Notes under the pieces: generated by a model | The model's input: only the letters and a program-made list of their open reading frames with translations | The model's database searches: none | What the model was told of the DNA's origin: nothing | Part shown: piece by piece, positions 1 through 12,200 of the stretch | Position numbering within the stretch: position 1 is the stretch's first letter | Layout: every line of letters begins with the position of its first letter | Origin: Camelus ferus | Lineage: Eukaryota | Direction of reading: 5' to 3' | Length of the DNA stretch: 64,000 nt | Assembly (NCBI RefSeq): GCF_009834535.1 | Contig: NC_045696.1 | Coordinates: 47,060,001-47,124,000, forward strand | Made by a program: the position numbers and the translations under genes

Positions 1-279
1 ATTATTTTAAAAATTAAAGTTATGTTCTCAGTAAAAGCATATAGATGAAAATTAGCCCTTTTCTTCCACAAACTTTAGCAGAGTCCTAGTTTCCCCTCTT
101 AGAGGCAGCAGGCCATATTAAATTTACTATGTATGTCTTGAATGTAAGCATGTATATAAGCCTGTGAGCTTTTTTACACTAACAAGATCACACTATGTAT
201 GCTGTTCCAAACCTTGTTTTATTTAACCATGTATTTCTGAAGATTACACCATATCGGCACATTCAGATATCCCTTATAC

Positions 280-2070
280 ATTTATTATTTCTCATGGAAA
301 TAGAATAAATACAGGGAAGTACACAAAATACATATAGTTGAATGAATCAGCACAAAACAAAAGCCCATCAGGTAACCACCACCTGGCTAGCCAAGCAATG
401 AGACATTCCTAACCCTTCACGTCCCCTCCAAGTTACTACCACCTGTCTCTCCCTTAAAGGAAACCTCTTCTGAACTTTTACGGTACCCTTTTCTTGCTTT
501 TCTTTAGTTTTACTACCTAAGTATAAATCCTTAAACCTAATGGTTTAGTTTTTCCTGTTTAGAATTTTTTTGCCTGGGTTAGAATTTCAGGCAATTGAAA
601 TCATGCAAATTTAGTGATGATTTAAAATTCTTGGTTGTACGTGAGTTGTTTCGTGTCTGGCTTGCTTCATGCTTTCAATTCATCCCATTTATCTTACGGT
701 GTTTTTTTTCCCTCCAACATTTCCTTCTTTCTGGTCCTTGCCACACATTTATTACTCTTTTTTTTTTACTACCTTGAAAGCCACACATTGTTTTGCAACT
801 GTTTTACTGGTTAACTGTGAAATTATAACATACATTTTTAGTTCTCAAATCCTTATATAAATTGGTATTTACCCTCTTCATGGTCAATGCAAGAACCTGA
901 AATTCCTTTTAATTCTGTCCTTTAATTTTGTCTATATTCTGAATGCTGTCATCATCATTATCAGTTTACTTATTTAAATTCACCTTTTTGTTGCTCTTTA
1001 TTCCTTTCGAAATCTGGGATTCCTGGTAAGTTTTCTTTCTGCCTGCAGAACATGCCTTTCATATGTCGTTTAGTGTAGATCTACTAGCTACAAATGCTGA
1101 TTTGTTTGTCTTAAAATTATTTGTTTCACTCAACTCTTGAAATATATGTTGCTAGACTTATATTCTGGGTTGGCTTATTTTCTTTTAGTACTTTGAAGAT
1201 TTAGTACTTTGTCTTCCGGTTTCTTGTTAATTCTATTAATAAAGTCAGCTATCTGCCTAATTATTGCTCTTCTGAAGGCAGTCTGTCTTTTTTTTGTTAC
1301 TTCCAACTGTTTTAAGATTTTTCTTTTTCTTTGGTTTTTAACATTTTGCTATTAGATACCCAGTTGTTTTTTCTTTATTTATTGTGTTTAGAGTTGTTTT
1401 GTTTTCTTAAATCTATAAATTAATGTCTTTCATTTTTAGAAAATTATTTCCTCAAATTATTTCCTCAGATAATTCTTCTTGCCCATTTTTTCTTTTTTCT
1501 TCCTAGAATTCCACTTGTATTGCACCTTCTCACTGTATCTTCTGTTTCTTACCTTTCTTCCTAATCTTTCCATTCTTTTGTTTCCCTTTGCTTTATTCTG
1601 GATAGTTTTTTCTGACCAATCAATACTCAGGTTACTAATACCATTTGACTATCTAAACAGCTGTTAAATCAATCTATTAAATTGTTGCTAATTTCAATTA
1701 TTATTTTCCAGCTCTTGTAATTTCTGTTTGGTACTTTATTATGGTTTTCACTTTTCTACCAAAATTCTCTATCTTGTCCTGTTCCTTTGGACAAAATAAG
1801 TATGGTTATTATAAAGTCTGTGTCTGAAAACTCCAACATCTGAAGTACTTGTGAGTTTTATTTTCAATCATTTCTGCCTGTTTGATTATTATCTTGTCTC
1901 TGAGTACCTGGTTATTTTTTATTTTGTGCCAGACATTGTATTTGATGTTAGAAATAATTTTCTACATGATACAGAAATAATTTTCAGCTAGGGGTAATAT
2001 CTTCTTACAAAGAGGATTTGTGTTCTGTTTTTTTAAGTCATATGGTGTACCAATACTCTGAGACTACCTT
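280..2070 (-). mobile_element. Old L1 (L1M/L1ME-type) fragments
   Basis: T-rich antisense L1 sequence, heavily diverged; borders approximate. Confidence 0.6.
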
Positions 2071-2207
2071 AATCTATTTTCATCCACACAGCATGTAGAA
2101 GAGTACAAACAGTGCAGAAGACGCAATTATGATGCTTCTTTCGAATGATGACAGGGTACCTCCCATGGTAAGTTGGGAGATACACAATCAGAGTTCAGTG
2201 TGATCTG

Positions 2208-2445
2208 TGCTGGCTATTTGCTTAACACTGTGTACCAGATAGTATTTCACGTACTTTCAAGTATCATTAATATAATTCTTATAACAGTGATTCCAAGATG
2301 GATATTATTATTATCCCTATGTTACAGATGTAAAATGGACAGAGAAGAGTTGGGTAACTTGGCCAATGGTACATGGCTTTAAAGGGAAAAGCTGAGCTTT
2401 GAATCCAAGTAATCTGATTCCAGGGTTTCCGATCCTAACCAATGT
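2208..2445 (-). mobile_element. MIR SINE
   Basis: Reverse complement of the MIR core (attattatccctatgttacagatg...ggtaacttggccaatggtacatgg...tttgaatccaag). Confidence 0.75.
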
Positions 2446-3870
2446 GGTAGAGTGAGAACTTTGTTTAGGGGGAAAAAAATGCAAGTTTTTGTTTATGCCA
2501 ATTTCTCTGAGCTCCCTTAGCTCAGTTCCTGGATGCTGAATGTATTGAGCCAAAGGGCAAACAACATTAATAGGATTATTCAAATAAAGGTTTTTTTAGG
2601 GGTAAGTTTTGTGAGTGGTCACTAAGCTAACTTAAAGAAATTGATGTGGTAAGAAATAATGCTGTTGAGGTGAATTTAGACGCTGAGTACTATGTTATTC
2701 TGGGAAATGGCATAATTTGGAATTATGTGGGGAAGGGCAGTTAGGAGTAGGACTCTCGACTTTGTTTAATGATTATAAATTTAAAAATGCATTATCTATC
2801 TCACATTTTGGCAGTGGTGCTGGTTGTTTAGGAGAAAAATCACAGTAGGATTATTCTGTGGGTGAGGGGACTCACTGAGAGAGGTTCCAGTTTGTGTAAA
2901 CTCACTGCTGTGGTTCACAATTGGGAGGAAGCAGAATGAACAGTGGGTTCAGTATGTGGCCTCTACAGACTCCTTTGCACTGAGAGTGGCAAGTATGGAG
3001 AAACTGCATCTTAGAACTCAGAATCTTAGCTTGATTCATGCGTGGGATTTGTTTATTGTATTTCACTTCACAATGACTGCTCAGGCTGCTTCAGCATGAA
3101 CAGTTGGCTCAGTACCCAGAGAATGTTTGATTAGCTAAGTTAGGAAGCAAAATGCCATACATACACTATAGAGGAAATTTATCCTGGATAAATGTAGATC
3201 ATTCAGTCAAATCACTAGATTCTCAGCATGCTAAGGCTTTCCTGAGAGAAAATGCCATAGGAACTTTCTTAGAAACACAAATAAATAGAACTTATTTCTG
3301 AGGAACCTGAGGAGCATGACCTAACATATGGTTCAGGGCCAGCCAATATGGCCTCAGAGGAAAAGATGCAATAAGAAAAGAAAATGACCAGAGTGAGGCA
3401 TGAAACTAATTCTTCAGAGGGCTTTTTGAGTCGGAACACCTCCTGGTTGCAAGTGACAGAAACCAGATTTCAGCCTAATCATAGCCATCAAGAGATGGGG
3501 AAGAGAAACAAATTACGGTCCTTGGGCTGACTACATTGCATATCAGTATAAATTTATGCTCATTTGTTGGATGGAAAGAGGACCAAAATATTTTCAGCAG
3601 GACTAAATGTACTTTGGAAGGCTCTGAACTTAAAGGGGGAAAAATGTATTGGCTCATAATACTGGGAATAACAGGCATGGCGCTAAATTACTCTTGACTG
3701 GATCCAGAGGTTGAAAAAACACCACTGCTGCCCTTGCACCATCCAACCTACCTTTGCTGTCTGTTCCTCTTACTAACTCATACTGCATTTGTGCTTCTTC
3801 TGTGTTACTAGAGAAGATGGACACAGGTATATTTCACTCTTCCTGGATTAGTCAGGCCTAGGACAGGTGT

Positions 3871-4369
3871 CATATCAGTTACCTACGGATGCATAATAAA
3901 TTATTCCAAAATTTAGCAGCTTAAAACAACAAACATTTATCATCTCACACAGTTTCTGAGAGTCAGGAATCTAGAAGCAGCTTAGGTGGATGGTTTTGGC
4001 TGCAGGTCTCCCATGGGATTGCAGTTAAGATGTTGGCCAGGGCTGCAGTCATCTAAGGCTGAAGAAACTGCTCCCAAGCTCATTCCTATGGTTGTTTGTT
4101 GGAAGATTCAGTTACTTGCCACATGGGTCTCTCCACAAAGGCTACTGATACAGCATGACAGGTGGCTTCCCCTAGAGTGAGTGAGCAAAAAGCAAGAGAT
4201 ACCAAAATGAAGCCACAGTTCTTTTATAACCTAATCTCAGAAGTAACATATCATTTCTACAGTATTCTATTGGTTAGACAGACCAACCTGATACGGTGTA
4301 GGATACAAAGGTCTGAATACAAAGAAATGGAGTGATGATTGAGGACCATCTTAGAGGCTAGATACCACA
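3871..4369 (-). mobile_element. MaLR solo LTR (MLT1F/G/H-like)
   Basis: gcttaaaacaacaaacatttatcatctcacacagtttctg ... gaggaccatcttagaggctagataccaca; flanked by GGTGT/GGTGC. Confidence 0.8.
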
Positions 4370-4374
4370 GGTGC

Positions 4375-4945
4375 TGTAATAGGCAGAACCCCAAGATGGC
4401 CCTGAAAGTCTTCCTAGTGTGCACACTCTGTATGAGTCCCTTTGAGTGTGGGCTGGACCTGTGAATATGACACAGCCTTGATGTACAACAAGGGTGAAGG
4501 GACTTTGCAGATGTCATTACGGTCCCAATCAGTTGATTTTGAGGTAACCAAAAGAGAGGGTCTTCTGGGTGGGCCTGACCAAAGCAGTGAGTCCTTTAAC
4601 AGAAGGTCAGAAACTTGAAGCAGGGAAGATACTCTCCTGCTGGCCTTGAAGAAGCAAACTGCCATGTTGTGGAGAGGACCAGGGGCCAGGGAATGGTGGG
4701 TGGCTTCTAGTTGCTGAGAGCCTCAGCATTATAGCTGCGAGGAACAGGTTCCACCAATAGTCAGTGAGCTTGGGAAGAGACTCCAGGCCTTAGGTGAGGG
4801 AGCAACCCTGGCTGACCCCCTGAGCCAAAGACGCAGTTGAGCTGTGCCTGACACCTGACCCACACAGATTGTGAGATAATAAATATGTGTTGTTTTCAAC
4901 TATTAAATTTGTGGTATTTGTTACGCAGCATAGAGAACTAATATA
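4375..4945 (+). mobile_element. MaLR solo LTR (MLT1E/F-like)
   Basis: TGTAATAGGCAGAA ... gtgagataataaatatgtgttgtttt ... gcagcatagagaactaatata; 5-bp TSD GGTGC (4370-4374, 4946-4950). Confidence 0.85.
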
Positions 4946-5339
4946 GGTGCCAGCCTGTGAAAGGGAAGGGACGGTGGATGTCACCTCTGTCAGTCTCTTC
5001 TCATGTTGTGAATGGGGAGGAAGATGCCCAAGGAAGGAAAGAGGCTATTAGAGAAACAAGAGGATGGCGGAGGCTGCTAGCAAAACAAACTTAGATCTCA
5101 GAGTTTCTTATATACCATTTCAAACCTGGAGACCCTCGCCATTTCAAGGATGTGAATCATCAAGCAAACAGTACCCTCCACTAAAACCTAAAACACTGTT
5201 TGCAAAATGTGATCTCTGTATGACCTGTCGTGGAACTTTCTGGAGTGTTTGTTAAAATTTAGGCTCCAATTTACTCCAAATGTACTCAGTCAACCTCTGT
5301 GAGGGTATAGCTTAGGGCCATGCATTATTTTTATTTATC

Positions 5340-5830
5340 ATTTAACAGAGTTTTTTTATTTTGAAGATTTTCAAAATCAGAAAAAAGTACAAGTACAGTG
5401 AACACTTGTTTGCCTTACACCAAAATTCATCAGTTGATATTTTACTCAATTTTCTTTATTTCTCAAGTACATATATATGTGTATGACCTTAGTGCTGAAC
5501 CATTTGAAAGTAGGTTACAAGCATTATGACATTGTACCCCTAAACACTTTAATACAAATCTCCTACAAATGAAGTTATATAACCACCAACCCTTACCACA
5601 CTGAAGAACGAAACACTGATGTATTAAATAATATATAGTTCATTTTTTCCAGCAGTCCTCAAAATACCCTTTAGATAATTACTTCTTAAAGTTTGATTCA
5701 TAAACCAGCAGCTTAGGCATCACAGTATTTTGACAAGAAACCTAATCAGGGATCACATTGCATTTTAATTATCGACATTTTCTTTACCCTCCAGCATCTT
5801 TAAACTAGAATAGTTCAAGGTATTCCTATT
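5340..5830 (-). mobile_element. Old L1 3'-end fragment (L1MC/L1ME-like)
   Basis: gaaccatttgaaagtaggttac...cctaaacactttaatacaaatctcct...gatcacattgcatttt. Confidence 0.55.
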
Positions 5831-7475
5831 TTCTTCTGTTCTCGGCTTCTGCACCCTTCTTCCTTACCTCCCTTCCCTTCATTTACCCTGGCAAAAATAG
5901 TGTGAAATTTAAAAACTGTTCCGTGCTTTTGAAATTAACCACAGAAAACTGTGAAAGGGTTTAATGAGTGATACAAGCAAGATGTAGAGAAGCGTGGTGG
6001 CAGGTGACATCACTGGGAGTTGACTGAGATCTCACGAAACACATGGCACTTCTGTGGATCTTGAAATCACAGATGCTGATGACAAGGGAAACAATTGGTG
6101 GGGTTAAGCATGATGCATTTGGGAAACTGAGTTAGCTGGTTTCTTTTGATTAGTTAAAGAAACTAAGAACAGCCATTTTGAAAGGGATGTTGCAACTTGA
6201 TTCATAAGCAATTAGAAATCTGAATTAAAAAAATAATTTCCAGACTCACATAAGAATGGAAACTATTTGACGATGAAGAACAAAATGATCTCTGTGTGAT
6301 GAGACTAGTGAGTTTTAATTTTTTAGTGTATTTCCTGCCAGATTTTTGCAAAAAGGAATCGTAAGATCCTGACTTGCATTATAAATTTCATAGGGGACCT
6401 TCTCATAACATTAAATATCAATCCAGCATTTAAAATCACCTCATCAATAATGTACCTTTACATACCGTATTTTATTTCTCCATATCATTATTTTAATCTT
6501 CCCCCTTTTATTAGACATTTGAATTGCTTCCAGTTCTTCACTGTAACAGAAAGCTTTGTCCAAACACCTATTACATCTCTGATTATTTTCTTATAATGGA
6601 ATCCTAACGAGGTTGCTGGGGCAAAGCTTACAATAGACTCAAACTGGGGTGTGTGCCCAGCTCATATCGACTCCCTCAGAGATTCTGGCTGTGTCATGAT
6701 TTCAGTCCTTGTGCCTAATCATTCTGATCCAGGAATGGAGCATCTGGAGTCAAACTGGTCCTCCCAAAAGACTTGGAAACCTGACAAAGGCAGGAAAGAT
6801 GAGGCCGTCTCAAGGAGGCACCTGGTGCGGTGGGCTCAGGCTTCTGCAGCTGGGTTTTGACATTACACTGCTCCTGCTCCTGTCCTTCCTGAAACTGGTT
6901 TGTGCAGCCCTTATTTGAATCATGTGAGCAACTTTGACTCCTTCCCCCTAAATCCACATTTTGCTTGTTATTCTGGGTTCCTTTCTGTTTCTTATCAAAA
7001 ACTGAAACCCCTAACTGATCCCGATGGTGGGTTGCATACGATGACATCTAGAGGAAGGTAGTATTTGGAATTAGCCTTATATAAGTTATACCTTACTGGG
7101 GTAAAAGGCATTGAGGTTCCCCCTACCCCTTCCTCTGGGACAGAAATGTAGAAGCTCACGGGAGTGGTTGCCAAATATCTCATCAGCCTCTCACCCTCAG
7201 GCAACCTGGTATCTCCTTGTGGGTACATAGCTGAGTGTCTAGGTAGTTGTTGCCAAAATTAAGAGAATGGAGGCTAATGAAGCATTCTGGTCCCAAAAAT
7301 GATGCAGGCTAGTTCTGGTCTGAGGTCACACAGTCATTGAGTGGAGGTGACATGATTCCGATTTAGGCAATCTCCCTCTACAGCCTTAGTTCTTAGCCAC
7401 TTCCTTATAGTTCCTGCCAAATGCAGCTAAGTCTTCTTTATATTAAAAGAAGCTAATGCCAACTGCCCTCACCTG

Positions 7476-7663
7476 CAGAGTTGGCCAGAATTAGCAAACA
7501 GAAACACAAGGCTCCCAATTAAATTTGAATGCCAGATAACCAGTGAGTGATTTGTTTTACTATGAGTATGTCCCAAATATTGTTTAGGAACATACCCGGA
7601 CTAAAATATTATTAGTTATTTATCTGAATTCAAATTTAACTAGATTTTTATCTGGCAACCCTA
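7476..7663. mobile_element. MER53-like palindromic hAT MITE
   Basis: Ends cagagttggccaga / tctggcaacccta; internal inverted arms ttaaatttgaat / attcaaatttaa; central agtatgtcccaaatattg. Confidence 0.85.
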
Positions 7664-8001
7664 CATGGCCCAATCCCTTTCCTTTTCATTATTGTTCTCT
7701 AAATTTAAAAAAATAATTTAAATTCAGCACATACATGCCTTAGAGGATACAGTGAAGAAAACATTTTCAGAGGAAATTTCAGAAATCTGAATCTGCTGAA
7801 ATCATTGCAATAGTACTCACCAGGTAGCCTGTATTCAATGAACTAGCCTAGGCAGCCAGCTTTAATTTCAAGTTTGATGGCCTGGTGAGTACAAACCATT
7901 GCTGAGTGCTGTCCTACAGGAGGTGACATTGAATTCCTTCTCCTCTATCATTCTGGGATTTTCCTTTGCTCTCAAAGTCTGCAAGAACTAAAAAAAGTAT
8001 T

Positions 8002-8131
8002 GGGGTGGGGAGTGGGTATATCTCAGTGGTAGAGCACATGCATAGCATGCACAAGGTCCTGGGTTCAATCCCCAGTACCTCCGTTTAAAAAAAAGTTTTT
8101 AAAAGAATTAAGTAAACAAACCAAAAAAAAA
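8002..8131 (+). mobile_element. tRNA-Ala-derived SINE (camelid Vic-1-like)
   Basis: A box (ctcagtggtagagc), B box (gggttcaatccc), A-rich tail; second copy at 29204. Confidence 0.85.
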
Positions 8132-9888
8132 GCAATAGTTTGGATATATATGTATGAGTCTGGCCTACCTACTTCTCATTTTATTCTGCTGTTGGAGCTC
8201 AGAAAAATCTTCTTTCCCACAAGAAACAGATTGCTGAGCCAGGCTGCAGAGTTCTTTTAAAATGCACATTGCTAACTGTTTTCCTTGCCCAGGACTGCAA
8301 AGAAGATGCAGTGAAAATGGGATCCCTAAACTCAGCAGAGTTAGGAATCACGCTGAAGGCAAGTGATTGCAGACTTGAGGTGGGTGTGGTCAGAGAGCAA
8401 AAGGCAGTGCAGTAATCAGGGCTCAGGAAATAGTCAGACAAGCAGAAATCTTTGGCTCAAATCAAACATAAAATTTTTAGGAGTTAAATTGATGAGCCAG
8501 CCTTTATAGTCTATTTTTTGTTTGTTGGGGTTTTGTTGTTGTTGTCATGGTTTTTTTTTTTTCTTTCCCTTTTTTGATATATTTTGGGGAAAAAAATCAG
8601 TTGTCATCAATTTTTGCAATGGCTAAACCAGGGAACTGGATGGGAATAAGGTGTGAATATCCACATGTACATCTTTTAAGCCTTTGAAAATATCCTAGGA
8701 TGTTGTATCGCTTTTGATCAACTGTTTTGAAGGTATGGGGGCAGATAGTTACCATTTGGCTTTCCTACTCTAGGTAGCCTTTACAAAAGAGATAAGAGAG
8801 CTCATTTAGGGACTCCAAAAGTTGTCAAGGATAGACATTTCTACAATATACTCAGAGAAATTGTTTTAATTATAGTACCACAGGGACTAGGGTGAGTGCA
8901 GATAGAGTCTTTCTGGGAAAATTGCATCCACTTCAAGTATTTACAACAGAGAGAATTTAATGTAGGCAACCAGGTGATAGAAAAGTAGGAAAATCAAATA
9001 GAAGATAGTAGGGAACCCAGGAAACAGTAGGAAGTTGCTTCTATGGTGAAAAGGAATTGATGCTATGGGATCCCAAGGATGAGATCACCTTGTGGAAGCT
9101 GGAGCCCTGGCAGGTCTACCTGTCGGGAGTGTGAGCCACAGAAAAGATGGCGCTAGTCCCAGAAATGCTGCCCAGCATGTTATGCTTTTAACGGGTGGTG
9201 ATTCTCATTGCAACTGCTGTCCATATGTTGTTTCCTGGAAGGTCAGCCTCTGCTCGGTTCTATTTGTTTGTATAACCAGAAATTCTCCTAGGGGTTTTTC
9301 CGAGTTCAGTAAAGACACTGGCAAATTCAGGCAGAGAGAGAGATACCAACTAATGCTAGTAGGAAGATTTTTCAAAGTGAGGTATCTTTGCCCATGTCCC
9401 CATCTGTTCAGGCAGTGATGTCCAGCCGAGCCTGATATACTGTGGAATGGTGATTCTGCTTCTCCTTGTGCTGACTTCCAATCCTTACTCTCCACAGATT
9501 AGCTACCACCTTCTTTGAGAAATAGAAATTCTCTCATCTACTCTCCTCTTTCTCAAATCTATCGTCTGGTACTTCCTCCTTTTCTCAGCTCTGTCCCTCT
9601 AATCTTTCCCTAGACCCTAGCCCTTGTCCTGACCCCACCCCCCAACCCCCCCGCTCTCCCTCTTTCCGCATGCCTACAAGCACTGAATAACATTCCTTGG
9701 CCCACTGTTCCCTCTAGTTATGACTCTAATTCCCAGCTGCCTTTATCTTCCGAGTATCTGGGACCATATCTATTGCCACTCCTCCTCACTGCATACTGGC
9801 TAAAGTTCTGTGAACCAGACAGTTTTCCTACACAGCTGCCACATCCAGGAGTCATAACAGACTTGACAAAGCCAATGCTCATTAAAAT

Positions 9889-10188
9889 CAGTGCTTCTCA
9901 ACTATCTGTAGTAAAAGGAACAGTAAATTTTTGTTTCTAATCTGTCATGGATAAATTCATCAGGAAGGTGTAATAAAAGTGAATTGCTAGAAAAATGAAG
10001 TTAAAAAGAACATGAAGTACAAGCCTCGATTTTTTGTTATCACACATACAACAACAGAGATTTTGATCCTAATTTGACAGAGTAATTTTAAATACTTATT
10101 CTCAATGTCTATACTTTTATCATGAACCAGGAATCAACAGCTCACAGACTGGCACCAGCCAGCAGACCCCCCAGTTTGAGTAGCTCTG
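9889..10188. mobile_element. hAT-Charlie non-autonomous DNA transposon (Charlie18a-like)
   Basis: Terminal inverted repeats CAGTGCTTCTCAA / TTGAGTAGCTCTG, about 300 bp. Confidence 0.75.
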
Positions 10189-10199
10189 CTTTAGATGAT

Positions 10200-12200
10200 G
10201 TTCCCCCTCAAATTCTGCTTCAGTCTATGGTCCAAAAGAAATGCTTTGCCACCAACAACACACTCTGCACACAGTATGAATAGAAAAGAACAGAAGACCT
10301 TTTATTCTAAGTCATGACACAGGCTATAGTCATTCTTTCTGCCATTTATCCCTAAACCAGCTATTTATATTTTCCTTTTTCTATTACCCATTCTGTGATC
10401 TCACCTTGGTCCAGTCCCTCAGCTGTTTCCCTAGCAGGGTAGCCTGAACCTTGATTCCTGAGCTGTTTTAGTTCTTGGTGGTCTTGCCTATTGAGGGGCA
10501 ATAGCCTCCCTATTAACCTCTTCCACAGAACATAAAAAAAAAAAAAAGGGGACCCACCAAGTTCCTATTATATTCCTCCTAATTGTACAGCAGTAATTGC
10601 AGGTCCCCTTATGAGGCATGGTCACTTGTCCCAGTCAGGACAGTATCCCACTTTTCTGCTATTTGCCCCCTGGCATGAAGAACCCAAATGACCAGTTTTA
10701 GCTTCTCGCTCAGAAGAACCACACTTTGTCCATGGTAAAAGCAGACTTCCCTTAAGAGCTAAAAGGGGGGATGAATGACACTAAAGGGACACTGATTGAA
10801 ATTCTGAGAGTGGGTCAATCAGTTGTAATTGTTAGACACATCAATCCCTCCTCACTCTTAGATCCATATCTTCTAACTGCAGGAGGACAGTGCCCAGGGT
10901 TAGAACTCAGGCTCGGAGCCTAACTCTTACTCTGCCGAGTAGCAGGTGGAAGAAGATGCCCTGTAGGATTGCAGGGCTAAGTTCTTAGAGGCCATCTCGC
11001 CACATTAGAAGGTAGCTGCTTCATTGATAGGGAACATAAAAGAGTGAATTACATTTGAATTAGTCCCCAACCTTCTCTCTTTGTTTTTGGTCAAAGAATT
11101 CTCCACAGCCAATTTGGATGGATAATATGGAGTGTTCAGTAAGTCTGCAGTTGGCAGTTTTGACAGGCATGGCCTGGAGACAGTGGAAATGCTGTCCCCT
11201 TTTCTAATGAAAGTAATTAAATAGAATCCAACAAGAAGCTGACTTGTCTTTGCTGGGTATGATGCCACATCAGAGATGGGAGTTGATCCCTAAACTGAGC
11301 ACTCAGCTGCGGCACAGCCTGGTCTGCTTTGATGCGGAAAAGGGATGAAGGGAAAAAGGCTCTCTCCCTACTGCCTGTGGCCGCCTCACTCAGGTTCCGT
11401 GTGAATACTCGCCAGAAGGGCTTCACCACGGAAGAGGCTCTCAATCATGTGAACGGGCAACGATGGAGTCGGGTCAGCTCAGCTCAGCCTCCTTTTCATG
11501 CTTGCTCAATGGGCTCCTGAAGTCTTATGCTCTGGATCCATTCTGAATATTCTGCACCCACATCCCTTTCCTCAGTCTTCTGATCAGCCTTCTTCTAGCC
11601 TTGACCAATAGGTCCAAAAAGTGGTACAGAGCCTGACTCAAGGCCTCATCTTCATTCGGCCAAAACTACTTTACATGCTACTCAATATCCTTCCGAACCA
11701 GAGGTTCCCCTTCTCCATGGTCCTTCAGGTTTACCCATCTGGGGCTCTAGTCCTACAGGGTCTACTTGCAGGTCATGGCAGCTTTTATCCTGCAAAACCG
11801 TCCTTGGTACTCAGCAGCTTGTTAAAGGAACCTGCACGAGGCCATGAGCTCTGGTTGAGGATGAAACAGCAGTGTGGTAGGCTCTGTGGGCATGTAAGCA
11901 ATCTGCTTGTACAGTTTGTTTGTTCTTTTGGAGCTTGATGGAATGCTGGGTGGCACACTCTGTTTTCACTTTGTTGTAGATTCTGGATCTCTGATCTTAG
12001 AATCTAAAACTCAAGTATCTTCTTCATAAACTCTGCTCTGTCTGATCCCCCTAGATACAATTTCTCAGAGAAATATCCTTTGCTAAATGGAGGAGCCTTT
12101 CTTGGAAATCTAGGAGCTTTTATTGCAATTCTTCTATTAGGAATTGCCACAGGCATCATTCAGTATTCAGATCTGCCTCAGTCATTGCATCGTCTGGTCG
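10200..12200 (-). mobile_element. Decayed ERVL/MaLR-class internal sequence
   Basis: 10430-10760 resembles the antisense pol-end/dUTPase-like region of ERVL internals; no intact ORF; borders uncertain. Confidence 0.45.

Larger units (their letters stand above)
3425..5095 (-). mobile_element. Old MaLR LTR (MLT1J/K/L-like) split by two later MLT1 LTR insertions
   Basis: ggttgcaagtgacagaaac start motif, aatgtattggctcataatactgggaa, and a continuation after 4950. Confidence 0.5.

Noticed and set aside
8002..8085. tRNA-Ala-like sequence (also at 29204-29280)
   Set aside because: Degenerate stems, A-rich tails and a TSD on the second copy indicate SINEs, not tRNA genes
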